From NCBI GenBank assembly GCA_012295275.1, contig CM022673.1, forward strand, positions 24,986,001 through 25,050,000: a stretch of DNA of 64,000 nucleotides, given 5' to 3'. The stretch's first letter is position 1; every line of letters starts with the position of its first letter. Below the pieces are notes generated by a model. It ran no database searches. It had not been told where the DNA came from and saw nothing but the letters and a program-made list of their open reading frames with translations. This stretch comes from Chrysomallon squamiferum. Its lineage: Eukaryota > Animalia > Mollusca. Shown here piece after piece: positions 1 to 11,880 of the stretch. A program made the position numbers and the translations under genes.

Positions 1-1192
1 TGCAGTGAAAACTGCCTGGATTATTTTCAGACATAAAAAAACTCAGCTAAGATCGAAAGCTTTAATGCAAAATCTACTAGTGAAAGAAAAATAAAAAATA
101 ATAATAAAAAATAAAAAACATACAAAGAGCTGACTACAAAGCATGATTTACATGTAGTTTGTGGTGATACAGTTTACTGTGATAAGATTAATTAGTGTTA
201 AATGCACTTGTTGGTAGACCACAGTGTATTTATTTATTTATTTTCGATAAAGCAATTTAAAAATTTTTCAGAAACATTTTTTCTGTATATATATATATAT
301 ATTTCAATTCTGAATGTGATTACAAATGTGACTGCCTATCATACACACCAAATAAAATTTGTAAGTTCAGCAGTTAGTTTCTCACATATTTTTAAATCAG
401 TCATTTGAAAAGACATGAAAAAGATAAATAACTAAAGTATTAGCTTTCGGTATACAGCAAAATTCCAAAATGGAAAATGCAGAAACAAATCAGGGTATTT
501 GTTTCAGCATTCAACCACATATAAACTGTCATTTGGTGTAAAAAGGATTTTTTAAAAATTTTATTATGATAATTTTTTTTTAAAAGCAATTTTATAGCAG
601 AGGAAGGCCTTTCAATGGACTGCTCTTGTCAATTAGCAGTAATGTATCTTTTATGAGAACCTTCCCATATACAGCAGAGAATATATCATGGCATTTGACA
701 AATCCAATACCTATTTACACATTATTATTTTTTATGAATACAAAAATAAATAAATAAAAATAAAGAATTTATAGAGATATTTTTGGCAAACTGGCAAATA
801 TTTTGTCAATTTATAAATAACGTCTAATCAATGGAATGGTAGAATAAGTATGTGAGAACGGCATTGTTGAATATATAAATAAATATAAAAATTAGTTAAT
901 ACTGTGGTTATTTGTCTTGGTTTTGCCAGTTTATGGTCCTCATATAAAAGGATTATAATCATGAAAATATATGTGAATATGATAAGGGATGACATATCTA
1001 ACTAGAAAAAAAAAATAATAATAAAAAAAAAATTGAAACATTTGCTAAATTATACAAAAATAAAATCTAATAACAAAGCAGTTAAAAATGCACTCTTTTT
1101 ACACTAATAAAATATCAAACAGCAAAAATTTATGAAAATACAAAAAAAACCCAGATAATTAAAAAGTTAAAATAAATAAAACATAAACTCAC

Positions 1193-1251
1193 CAAAGGAG
1201 ATTTGTAGTACATTTTGAGAATGTTAATAAAATCTGTAATGGTCAGCATTC
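1193..1251 (-). CDS. PRKAG2: AMPK gamma exon (59 nt): (G)MLTITDFINILKMYYKSPL, end of CBS1
   Basis: Acceptor tattttcag (AG at 1253-1252), donor TTG|gtgagt. Peptide nearly identical to human GMLTITDFINILHRYYKSP. Too short for the ORF track. Confidence 0.96.
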
Positions 1252-1530
1252 CTGAAAATAAACATCTATCATTATTTATACTTAATTTATTAAGTTATTT
1301 ATGAAAAAAAAAAAAAAAAAAAAAAAATTAAAAAAATTAAATAAAAAAAAAAAAAAAAAAAAAAAAAATTACTGCTTAGGTATAGGAATAACTTTATGAA
1401 ATATAAAACCAGTTGATATCTTTATGAATGAAAGAAAATATTTTTAACATTTTAGGATCAATTATGTGTCCATCTATTAAGCAATAAAACAAAAAAATAT
1501 ATTTGTTTGTTTGTTTCTTTATTTAAATAT

Positions 1531-1561
<31 letters not shown>

Positions 1562-1953
1562 TTTGTTTATTAAGATAACTATTTAGACAAGCCCACGAAC
1601 AATGTTACCAAATCACACTCAGCAATACATTTTTTTGTTTTGTTTTTATTCATAACAACATGATCCAGTAGATTACTGAGGCAGTGAATTATGAATACTC
1701 TCAAATGATTAGATGAATACCATCATTCATAACAAAAAGTCTCATATATAAATGATAATAAAGTATGAGGACAGAACTATAATTATTTGATATTGATCAT
1801 TTTGTATAATAACAATAATAAATAATAAACACATTTTTAAAATAAACTAAATAATAATAATGATTATGACGATGATGATGATAATAATAATAATAATAGT
1901 AAGAAGAAGAAGAAGAAAGAAAGAAAGAAAGAAGAAAAAGAAGGGGTACCTAC

Positions 1954-2035
1954 CCACATAATCCTGTTTACTGGAATCCCATAAAGGAGCTGCCCTAACG
2001 CCGTTATATACTAAAGCAAAAAAAGCTTTCTTCAC
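1954..2035 (-). CDS. PRKAG2: AMPK gamma exon (82 nt): [27 protein letters not shown](G), CBS1 core
   Basis: Acceptor tatttcag, donor G|gtaggt. Canonical NGVRAAPLW motif, including the nucleotide-binding Arg equivalent to gamma2 R302 / gamma1 R70. Confidence 0.98.
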
Positions 2036-2167
2036 CTGAAATACACAACATGCATTTTTTAGTAGTCAATTTATATATTTTATACAACTAAAACATTATT
2101 ATTATTATTATTACATAAACATTAAAATATTTATCTATACTTGATGAAAAAAAAAAAAAAAAAAAAA

Positions 2168-2200
<33 letters not shown>

Positions 2201-2347
2201 AACAACATTAATACAAGTTTCTAAAATATAAATCTTTATAAAAAAAAGTCATAATATATTTTTGTTTTTTTTGTTTTAAAATGACAATAAATATAATGCT
2301 TTTTTTTTTTTTTTATTCAGTAAAACACTGTGGAAAGATAAGCTTAC

Positions 2348-2451
2348 ATTTAACTGTGTGTCAAATATGACAAGTTTTCCGCTAGTAGGAATGAGATCAT
2401 AACATTTGTGCGCTCGCATGAATTTAGCAAATATTTGTTCCTCATTTTCAT
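2348..2451 (-). CDS. PRKAG2: AMPK gamma exon (104 nt): (D)ENEEQIFAKFMRAHKCYDLIPTSGKLVIFDTQLN
   Basis: Acceptor ttattgcag, donor AAT|gtaagc. Matches the conserved FMRSHKCYDxxPTSxKLVVFDT beta-subunit-binding segment before CBS1. Confidence 0.97.
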
Positions 2452-3279
2452 CTGCAATAATAACAGAAAAAAAAATAAATATATATATATATATATATAT
2501 AATTAAGTAGTTTTTAGGGAATATATGCACTTCCATACACACATATATAAAGAAATGCATAATACAGATGTACACGTACAAACATAAAAAATATATACAT
2601 GTATATTTTCTCATAATAATAATAATAAAAGAAAATACATGTGAAAAAAAGAGAAGATTTTACATTAAAACTGGGACACATTCCAAATCTCCTAAATTAA
2701 GTGAATAAACATACTATAATGTGGGAAAATATATATATAAATATGAAAAAAATTAATATATATTTATTAGTATACACATTTTGATGTGTACAATACTATT
2801 ATTTTTTTTCTCTTTGTTATGATATTTTCTTCTTGTAAAATATTTTTATCCAATCATACTTATTCAAAAATCAGAAACTAGTTTTTCTTGTCACTAGTGA
2901 AAGTTGGTCAGTGTACTTTAAGTGTAGCTCGTAGTTCTGGGTTAAAGAGTGAACGTAACAGATGCAGTGGTACTGATATCAGCAGCTACCACTAAGTGCT
3001 CAGGGCAATTGTCAGAGTCACAAAGGATTACAGAATCATTATTATTTGGGCCTTTTGTTGCAGTATTTCTCATTCTGGCTAGTACCCAGCTACTCATTAT
3101 TCAAAAGACCTTGGTATTGCATCAGGTTGTTTTTTTTCCTGTTTGTGAAAAAAATGATTCAGAACAGCTCTTAAAACTTGTTGAAATTAAAAGTTGTTAA
3201 AAAAATAAAAATAAAATAAAACGGTTTTAAAATAAAATAAAATAAAATAAAATAAAAAAAAAAAAAAAAATGATATAAA

Positions 3280-3530
3280 TAAAAACAAAAGTAAAAAAAA
3301 CTGAAAAAAAAAAAAGAAAAGATTAAACCAAGTATTTCAATGTGAAATGTTTTTTTTAATAAAAATAAATTAAAAAAAGTGAAAAAATTATTAGGAAATA
3401 AAACATTTATATAAGAGCAGAAAACCAGAAATTAAAACTTAAAATAAAATAAAATAAAAGCAAAAGTAAAAAAAAAACAGAAAAAAAAATGAAGATTAAA
3501 CCGAGTATTACAAAGTGAAATGTTTTTTGT
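3280..3530. repeat. Diverged local direct duplication of about 75 bp (approx. 3280-3355 and 3457-3529)
   Basis: aagattaaaccaagtatttcaatgtgaaatgtttttt versus aagattaaaccgagtattacaaagtgaaatgtttttt, each preceded by a similar A-rich stretch. Confidence 0.7.
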
Positions 3531-4350
3531 TGCTGCAGACTTTTCTAAGTAACCGTGCAGTTTTTTCAAAATCTTTAGTTTAAGCTTTTCCTGTTTGTCC
3601 CAGCACACTGAGGTGATCACATACACCGCTTTCACTAAGCCATATGTCCACTATTCACAGACTCAGCACTTTTCTAAATCCTATACCGCTTGGGAAAACA
3701 GATGAATCTTTACAAGCCACAACCGTGACAAATCATTTTATCAGTTTAAACAGCTCTTCAGTGATATGGATTTTTTTTTGGTCTGCCGTCTCACTGCTTT
3801 ATTAAAAGTCATGGTAAACAGTTTCCAGTCAACAGAAAGGCACCTTTGAAAAACCTCATAATGCCAGTCCTTAAGAATAACCCATGGAACAGCATCGTAT
3901 GGAACAGCATCGTGTGTACTAACATTTCTCATCATTACTCAAGAACAAAATATGGCTAATGACCATTAATATTAGAAAGGTGTTGAAAGTCATTAACGTA
4001 TTTATGCTTTCATTTATTTTAAAGAAATGTGATAGCTGGGAAGGAAGCAGAATATGAAAATACTTTCTTCTTGTTTTTAAATTTTTATATTTATATTTGT
4101 TGTTTTATCACAGATTAGGTGTTTATATACTACATTATAAATAAACAAATCAGAGAAAACTAAATTAGCAGAGTAAACAGTTTATCTCTGTGATCTGGTG
4201 CTAAGGAAAAATCTCGACATTTATGTTCTGGATTTTGTGCATCTTCACACAAAAATAATATTGTTACATGTCATAATTAGGTGAGAAAAAAACAAGTATG
4301 AGATTTGTAAACTATTACTTCTTAAACTTCATTTAAAAGCAATTACTTAC

Positions 4351-4396
4351 CTAAGTCTTCTATTTCCATCTTATCAACATCTGAGTCCATACTCAA
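4351..4396 (-). CDS. PRKAG2: AMPK gamma exon (46 nt): LSMDSDVDKMEIEDL
   Basis: Acceptor ttttcttattttag, donor TAG|gtaagt. Phase 0 in and phase 1 out fit both neighbours. Resembles human gamma2 MLEKLEFED and fly LEKVNLSDL. Confidence 0.92.
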
Positions 4397-5320
4397 CTAA
4401 AATAAGAAAACAGTTGTATTAAAAACAGATATAACACATACATGCACACATGCATGCACACACACAAACAACAAAACATTCATCCAAAAAATACTTAAAT
4501 ATTTGTTTTCTTAATAAAGAGTGTTTTTAGTTATGTCATGAGAAATAATCTTTGCAGTTTGTGTATAAACATCGTATTGCACGACTGCTAGTACAGTACC
4601 ATCTGTGATTCATATCTCCTAGATGAGTAACATCATTTCATCATCCTTAATGTTTTAAAAAAAAAAAAAATTCTGACATTTATTAATTTTCATGAATTAT
4701 GAAAAGACTTTGTTTTTGTTTTTTTCTGTGGTTTTTGTTTTTTGCAGGTTTTTTTTACAATAAAATTATCTTGTATCTCTGTTCCCAATACAAATACTGA
4801 TAAAAATCTTTAATGTATTTCTGTTGAGTTTTGGGTGGGCTGTTTCGCATGTAGTTAAACATGAATTATACATGTAATTTTTAAGGTGATGGGAAATGGA
4901 GCATAGCCATACTGTGTCATCATCCTGCATTTAGTGGAAGGGACAACAAGCTTGTCTAAAAAAATAAAAAATTAAAAATTAAAAAACCCACTTAGTATGG
5001 TTGGTGTGATTTATCTTTTCTAAAATTTAATTTCACTCATTTATTTATATTTATTTATTTTCTATTTGTTGCTGTTTTTAGGTTGTTGTTGTTGTTGTTG
5101 TTGTTGGGTTTTTTCATTTGATGGTTTTCTTTTTCCCCAGAAGAATCAAATACAAAACAAATGAAAAAAATATTTAAAAACGTATAAGATGAAAAAAATT
5201 AAAAACTTGTATTTGGTATATTACCTTTAGAATAATTTCATACTAAAAATGTCACTACAAAACAAAGTATATAAACAAAAGGATTAAATATTGAAGAAAC
5301 AAGGAGCTTAAAAATAAATA

Positions 5321-5535
5321 CAGGTTGGTCCAAAAGTAGGTGGACAGTAAATGATAAATTTATTTTGAGATTACTTTTTGAGATTATTTTGCGATTTCTG
5401 AAAAGAAAATGGATTAAATTTAAATAACTGTAGTTATAAAATTTTAAATAATACAGCACAAATACCATAGTTACAATGAACACCATTGTAATACTATAAC
5501 CCTAAACCTAACCCACATACAGTTGGACCACACTG
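5321..5535. mobile_element. Tc1/mariner-type MITE (215 bp) with imperfect 24-bp TIRs and TA target duplication
   Basis: Left end TA|CAGGTTGGTCCAAAAGTAGGTGGA; right end reverse-complemented TA|CAGTGTGGTCCAACTGTATGTGGG (18/24 identical). TA-flanked CAG...CTG termini are typical of Tc1/mariner. No internal ORF of note. Confidence 0.7.
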
Positions 5536-5728
5536 TATATTAAAATATCAATCAGTAACATAAAAAAATATATTACATATATCTTGTTTGCATGAAATTT
5601 TAAATTAGACAAAAAAATCAAAAACTAAACAAAACCAAAAACTGTTTCCCCCTCCAAAAAACTAGCAACAACAACCCAACAAAACAAAGAAAACAAAGAA
5701 AACAACAACAACAGTTGTGTAAAATTAC

Positions 5729-5850
5729 CCGCATGAAATCAGATTTGTAAATGATGGCATGAGTGTGCATGTCAGAAATGAGTGACCCGCGACTGGTTGC
5801 CATAGCTGGTGGTGCTGATCTTGGTTCATTTAGTGGCCTTAGAGGTGACA
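5729..5850 (-). CDS. PRKAG2: AMPK gamma exon (122 nt): SPLRPLNEPRSAPPAMATSRGSLISDMHTHAIIYKSDFMR
   Basis: Branch-point-like tgactaat, acceptor tttttacttgcag and donor CGG|gtaatt. Phase 1 in, phase 0 out. GC-richer than its flanks. HAIIYK resembles the fly SNF4Agamma HAILFR segment as I recall it. Confidence 0.88.
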
Positions 5851-6136
5851 CTGCAAGTAAAAACAGGTTCATTAGTCACACTTCTTCATCACCCTCTATC
5901 AAGCGATGAAGTGCTGAAAACAAACGTCAAAAAAGTGATGAATACTGCATGAATGTTTTTTTTAATGTTCAAAATCACGGATTCCAATCTTAAAATTGGA
6001 AAGAGATTGTGAATAAATTAAAATTTTTAAAGATTATACAGATCAGAACTAGATTCAGGATCTTAAAACAAGGTTAAGATTCAGAATCAAATAAGATGAA
6101 TAATACAGCAGTGAGTGCTTCCTAGTTTACAGATAC

Positions 6137-6181
6137 CTGAGGGTCTTCAAATGTTGTTCTGGAGTCTGTGAACTGTTTCAT
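6137..6181 (-). CDS. Weak candidate alternative first coding exon MKQFTDSRTTFEDPQ (phase 0)
   Basis: aatATG, 15 open codons, then CAG|gtatct. It is in frame only with the 4396 acceptor, so it would have to skip the 5850 exon. Confidence 0.2.
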
Positions 6182-7892
6182 ATTTCAAGAGTTTACAGTG
6201 TAAAATTTATAATTTACTCACAATAAGAATGATAAATTTTAATGCTCTTTTCAAATCTGCTTTTCCAGTTGATGCTTTTTTAATCTGTTCATCTTAAATG
6301 TATTTAAACTATTTTTCAGATCATTTATTCAAAAATGTATTATACACCTCAATATTGTCAGTATTGATCATATCCAGTTTATTATAAACAAACTCTGATA
6401 GTGTGGGTTTTTGTTGTTGTTTTTTTTATCTAAAACTGCAAGTTTGATTTAATTTCATATTTAGCCATTTATTGAGAGATGAAATTAGGAAATTATCAAA
6501 ACTGACTAGTTGAAAAGACAAAATTTGGACTACATGTGAAAATTTATTTAAATAAACAAAATCATTGGTACAGAAAAGGCAGGGAAAACCACTGACATTC
6601 AGGCTCACAATAACAGATTCAGAACGTCGCAAACCAGATCCTGAATCAAACTGTTTGTGAGTGTTTGTGTGGAGGTATTGATCACCTGTTTAAATAATTG
6701 ATTTGTTCAGCTAACTGGATCCATGACCTCTCCCTGGTGGACATGGCAACATTCTAATAGACAGGATCAGCTTAATAAGCTAGATGAACCCAGAGATAAA
6801 CAAACATTGACACGTCAACAGTTAAAAACAGAGTTAATCAGATTATTCCAATTAGTTATTGTTAACACATTAACCAAAAAAAAATCTTTAATTTTCTCAT
6901 ATAACACAAACATTTATCTTTCAATAAACATTGGAGATTTCCATAACATGGCTTCTTGCCTTGCAATATATTAAGTATAATATTCAGTGTATACTGAAAA
7001 TATTTGCATAAAGGCTTGTATATAAATATATATATATAGGAAAGAGGATAATTGGCCTTGCAATCGTCTTCAATAAATAAATAAATATGAATTGTACGAG
7101 ACTGTTATCTGGACAGAAGCATGCGTACTTCAGTAATATCCTTCCTTTCAAACTAAGGCAGCATCTGCCCACTTGATGAACAACAACAACTACTTGGATT
7201 TGTGGTGACAATGACAGTGAAAGACACACTGACAGTTTTCAGCTGATATTAGTCTGAGTGTCACGATTCAGTTGTTTTTTTTTCCTTGCCACACATGACA
7301 GCCAGGCTCATGATATCTTTTTAAGAAGAATTCTAAAATGACAGGATAATCTTCCTAAAAATGATAACGTGGTTTTTTTTTTAAACGTAATGGAATTCTG
7401 CGAGTATAAAAGTAACATATATAACACTGGAAGTAACATAAGATTCATGAAACATAAGTAATGTAAGATAAAATAATGCATAAATCTTAATTATAATAAA
7501 TTACCTGGAGTACAGTTTTAAATACAAGACCATTAAAAGGGTTCTAAAATTTCGATGAAATATCATTTGCATATGTCCTAAGGAATATCTATCAAAGATA
7601 CATAAATATTGTTGTCTTAATTCAGCTATGAAGTAAAAAAAATCAAGAAATATGAAAGCTGAAGAACAAGACATAATTTATTTTAAAAAACAAAACAAGA
7701 AAGAAAAAAAAAAACGTATGTTTATTGTGATTAATTATGATTGGCTTGAATTACTAAGTAGAAATATTACACCATGAAAACAAGACAAATGAGTTCTGAC
7801 TTTGCAACACTAAACAAACCTCCAGGCTCTGCAAGATTATTTCAGCAGCATTTCTCAAAATAGTGCTGTGTGTATGTCAAAATTTGTCCTTA

Positions 7893-7930
<38 letters not shown>

Positions 7931-8218
7931 CTTATGGAAAAAATAAATGACAAATATAACTAATAGATTCACTTTTCAGTTGTTAACATTTTATAACGAC
8001 ATATTTATTTTTTACCCTCTACAGAATTCTTTTTAAAATTATCTTGAAGAAGAAGAAGAAGAAGAAAAACAATAAAGATTAAAAGACTTCATTTATTTTT
8101 AATGTGTTGACAGCAAACAGCAGGGTATCCAATGTGTGTGTTTGTTTGTGTGTGTTAGTAAATATTTATATAGTTTTAATTTATATTTTCCGCTAGAGTA
8201 CAAATCATCATCTGAACG

Positions 8219-8261
<43 letters not shown>

Positions 8262-8980
8262 GTGTGACAACCAGCTGTGCCTTGGATTAAACAGACTGCT
8301 AGTGACCTGGTTGTAAACAAGTGACACCACACAGGACTTTGTCAGTGCTGGCTGTTACAGACTGAAAGAGCCAAACTCTGGTAACAGTCTTATGTGCACT
8401 TACAGATATGACACGTGACATTTATTTTCCAAAAGTAAAATTAGGGAATAAAGTGAAAGGTGAAATCCTCTGTGTGTTGATTATCTGCTAGTGTTGACAG
8501 TAATTCTTTTTGTTATTCATCTGGGGACAGGTTATTTGCATTTAATTGTACAAGCGATTTGCGTTATTATTATTATTGATATTATTATTATTATTATCAT
8601 CATCATTATTATTATTGTTGTTAATATCATTATTATTATTATTGTTATCATCATCATTATTATTATTATTAATGCATTATTATTATTAGTTTTAAATATT
8701 AGAAAATATTTTCAAAGTGTTTCAGCTAATGAAAGTTTGACCTATATTTCTCCCTGTGACATGTGTGTCCACCTACTGTCAACTAATTAAATGTGTTTTT
8801 CAAACATCCCATTACTTCTCATGACAGCTGACTTAAAAAACTTCTAAACATTTCTTAAGAGTATTTTCCAAAATGTATCTTTCCTGTTTATACAAACTGT
8901 TGGCATAATCACTGAATATAATTTCCTTTTATACCACAGAATCTAAAACCATCTGGTATATATGCATTATATACACATAT

Positions 8981-9020
<40 letters not shown>

Positions 9021-11453
9021 TCACACACATTCACACATATGCAACCATACAAGATTTTTTCATCAACTATGATTAAAACAGCCTCAAAATAACCAGTATG
9101 GCAAAATATCTATGACAACCATTTAGCAGTATAAAAAATACATAATCTTGACATTAAAAAACGTAAGAATATGAAACTGGCTTTCAATGACCACTCATTA
9201 CCAGACATTCAGATAATTACTGGATTTACACATGTGGAAGTCTGAGAGATTCTGTTAACTGCTGGTTATCTAGCGCCTGGTAATCAGAGTCAGGAATTAA
9301 TGTGCATCTGACTGCAAACTGAAAACATACAAACAGTAATCAATACAACCGTTTATAGAAACACCAATCACATGTCACTGTTGTTTTGTATCAAACTACT
9401 TGCCGTTTGACTGTACCTTGATACACTGTCTGTTTTCTGTGACAGGAAAATCAGTAATTATATTTCAAACTGACATCACTGACAATATTTTTGCTGATCT
9501 TCTGACGTTTGTATATTGAATATTACCTATTTACATATTATCATCTAAAATATTAAAAAAAAAAAAAAAATTTGTTTTACATACTTAAAAATGTTTATTA
9601 TTCATGAAGAAGACTATAAATGTTCAGCCTGAAATTTTCCTTTTGTAACACGTTGGGATCAAATATCTCCAGCTCAAACAGTTTTTTTCACTGAAGCAAC
9701 CAACTTATACCTGCCTTATTTCACAAAACACGGATAAAAACATACAGCAGAAATAAAAATGAGTAGATGAGATTCCAGCCTAAAGACTTGAGATTCTATC
9801 AGTCTAGATATGTCTGCTGATGTACTTACATCTCAAGATTTACTTTTTTTAATATTATACATTTTATTTATGTGTTATAATAACTTTTTCACTTTTTATA
9901 AAATGGAGTGTTCAGATATAAAGCAGTCAGTAGCATTTATCAGTAGTAATATCTAAGTTTTAAGAAAGCAATGCACTTAAAATTGTGGATGACAAAAAAC
10001 AGCAAAGCTGTAAATGAGACATGTTTAAAACTGGCGACACTGTGAGACATGTAAAAAAACATCAAGAAAAATTATTTTATTGCAAAAGAAAAAGTTTAAA
10101 AAATGTGTCATGACATGTCACTGCTAGACAGTACAAATAAAAAATGTGATGATTATCTTTTTAAAACAGTTACAAAACTTTTAATGTAGTGAATTCTAAA
10201 ACCAGTGTTTCAGGTCACAAACCCACATTATACTATGATAATAATAAAAATAATAACGGTTTATTCTTCAGATTCTTCTTATAATGATTTAAAGTATTAA
10301 ACTCCAAACCTTAATGTCCTGTCAACAGCATCAAAAACACAAAGCTTATTTAGTTCATAAACCTTTCACTGGTAAAAATACAAATTATATATAATTATAT
10401 AAAAATATTAGAAATCAGTTATTTGTACTGCATCTTGTGTAATTGTTAGGTACTAAAGTAAAATTACTTAGTTAATAGTAATAATAAGAAGAAGGCAGAG
10501 GAGTTAAGAAAATTGTTCATCTCTGAACAGTACAATATTATGATTTTTGTTTTTCTGCAGCAGTGTTATTACTATCTAGAGCATATTATTATAATCTGTA
10601 CAGGAGATTCATAATTATATACAACAGCTGAATATTACTATCCAAAGACAAAATATTATACATCACCAATAGCGCAAAATGTATCTATTCAGAGCAATAT
10701 TGCCAGCTATTTATCGCTATATTATTATCCTTTGAGCAGTGTTATCATTTCTTCAGTGCTATATTATCAACAGATAATTTTTTTTTTCTTAAATTGTTAC
10801 CATGTAATTTTGAAAAAAAACAAATTTTATTTTTGAATGAGATAACTATGCCAAGACAGCAGTAGTTATCAGTTTTATTTCAACAACTGTTATGATTATG
10901 CAGTTTTTGTTAATGTTATCATACACTGACAATGTATGCCAGCACGTATACCCCCAATTTTTTTTTTTTTTTTTTTTTTCCACTGAAAATTCACATAATA
11001 ATAATGTGCAGCTAAAGAGGAAATAATGGCCACTTTTTAATCTCAATGAAGTGAAAGACTTTCAGAGATGCCCGCAGAATTTAACAACACGAAGAAACAG
11101 AACCTGTAATTATTTAATTAACATTGTAATTTCTATTGCCAGTCGTCATTTCAAATTAAATCATAAAGAACATCAACAGAAATGAAGAAAGATTAAAAGA
11201 GAATTTTTTCACTGCATATATAATATTTTAATGAGCAGTCGAGGTCTGTTTGCTGATGCGGTTGTGCACATTCTGAATGCTCTGCAACCGGCCTGCATGT
11301 GGGTTTAGAAAAAAATAAAAAAAATAAAAAATAAATAAAATGATAACACGACATACGGGACAGATCTGGAGAGCAGCAAATCAAAACAAACCCGTGTCCT
11401 TGAGCCCTGACCCACATAACGGCTAACTGCTAATGAAATAGGCCAATACTTAC

Positions 11454-11508
11454 TGATCACAGGAATTCGCAGCCGCAAACTCAACTTTCTTTTCTTCTTG
11501 TTGCTCAT
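11454..11508 (-). CDS. PRKAG2: Candidate alternative first coding exon MSNKKKRKLSLRLRIPVI (phase 1, joins the 5850 exon)
   Basis: gctATG start and consensus donor CA|gtaagt. A+TG continues the frame into SPLRP. Sits in a locally CpG-rich patch. Peptide resembles human gamma2 exon 1 (KKNASQKRRSLRVHIP). Confidence 0.65.
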
Positions 11509-11880
11509 AGCAGGCGAGTTTGTTAGTGCTCGGGGAGCAGATGTCAAGTTTCAGTGCGGCTGACAAAAACGTCTGCACCTGCCTCTGCACACAACTGTGT
11601 TTACTCTTTTTCAAGCTCCAACTGCAATTCTTCTTATGCCATAAACATGTGATCTACTCAGAATTCCACAGGTTTACATTATAGACCCCCAGCAGGCTGT
11701 CATGTGACCTCATCTACATTTTTATGTCAACTAGACTCGGTAACCAATCAATGCTGTTAGTGGGCAGCTGTATAGCAGCAACAGAACCAAATACAATCAC
11801 ACTGACCAGTCGCACGCATAAGCTTACAGTTTACAAAAATTAAAAAAACAAGCCTCTGATTGCAGTTAAGCCTGTTTAAG
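11509..11880 (-). promoter_or_regulatory. Putative internal promoter / 5' UTR for the 11.5-kb exon
   Basis: Raised GC/CpG content, a CCAAT box (aaccaatca, CCAAT at 11744-11748 on +) and a cgcacgca element near 11811. Confidence 0.35.

Noticed and set aside
1-1192. Expected next AMPK-gamma exon (ELEEHKIETWR-like)
   Set aside because: Not found in this interval; it presumably lies left of the window.
5497-5514. TAACCC telomere-like repeats
   Set aside because: Only about three imperfect units inside a MITE; not an interstitial telomere array.
7505-7543. 39-nt AG...GT-bounded segment (NPFNGLVFKTVLQ) on the minus strand
   Set aside because: It is open in phase 0, but the host intron is phase 1, where it hits an immediate stop. 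The acceptor is weak.
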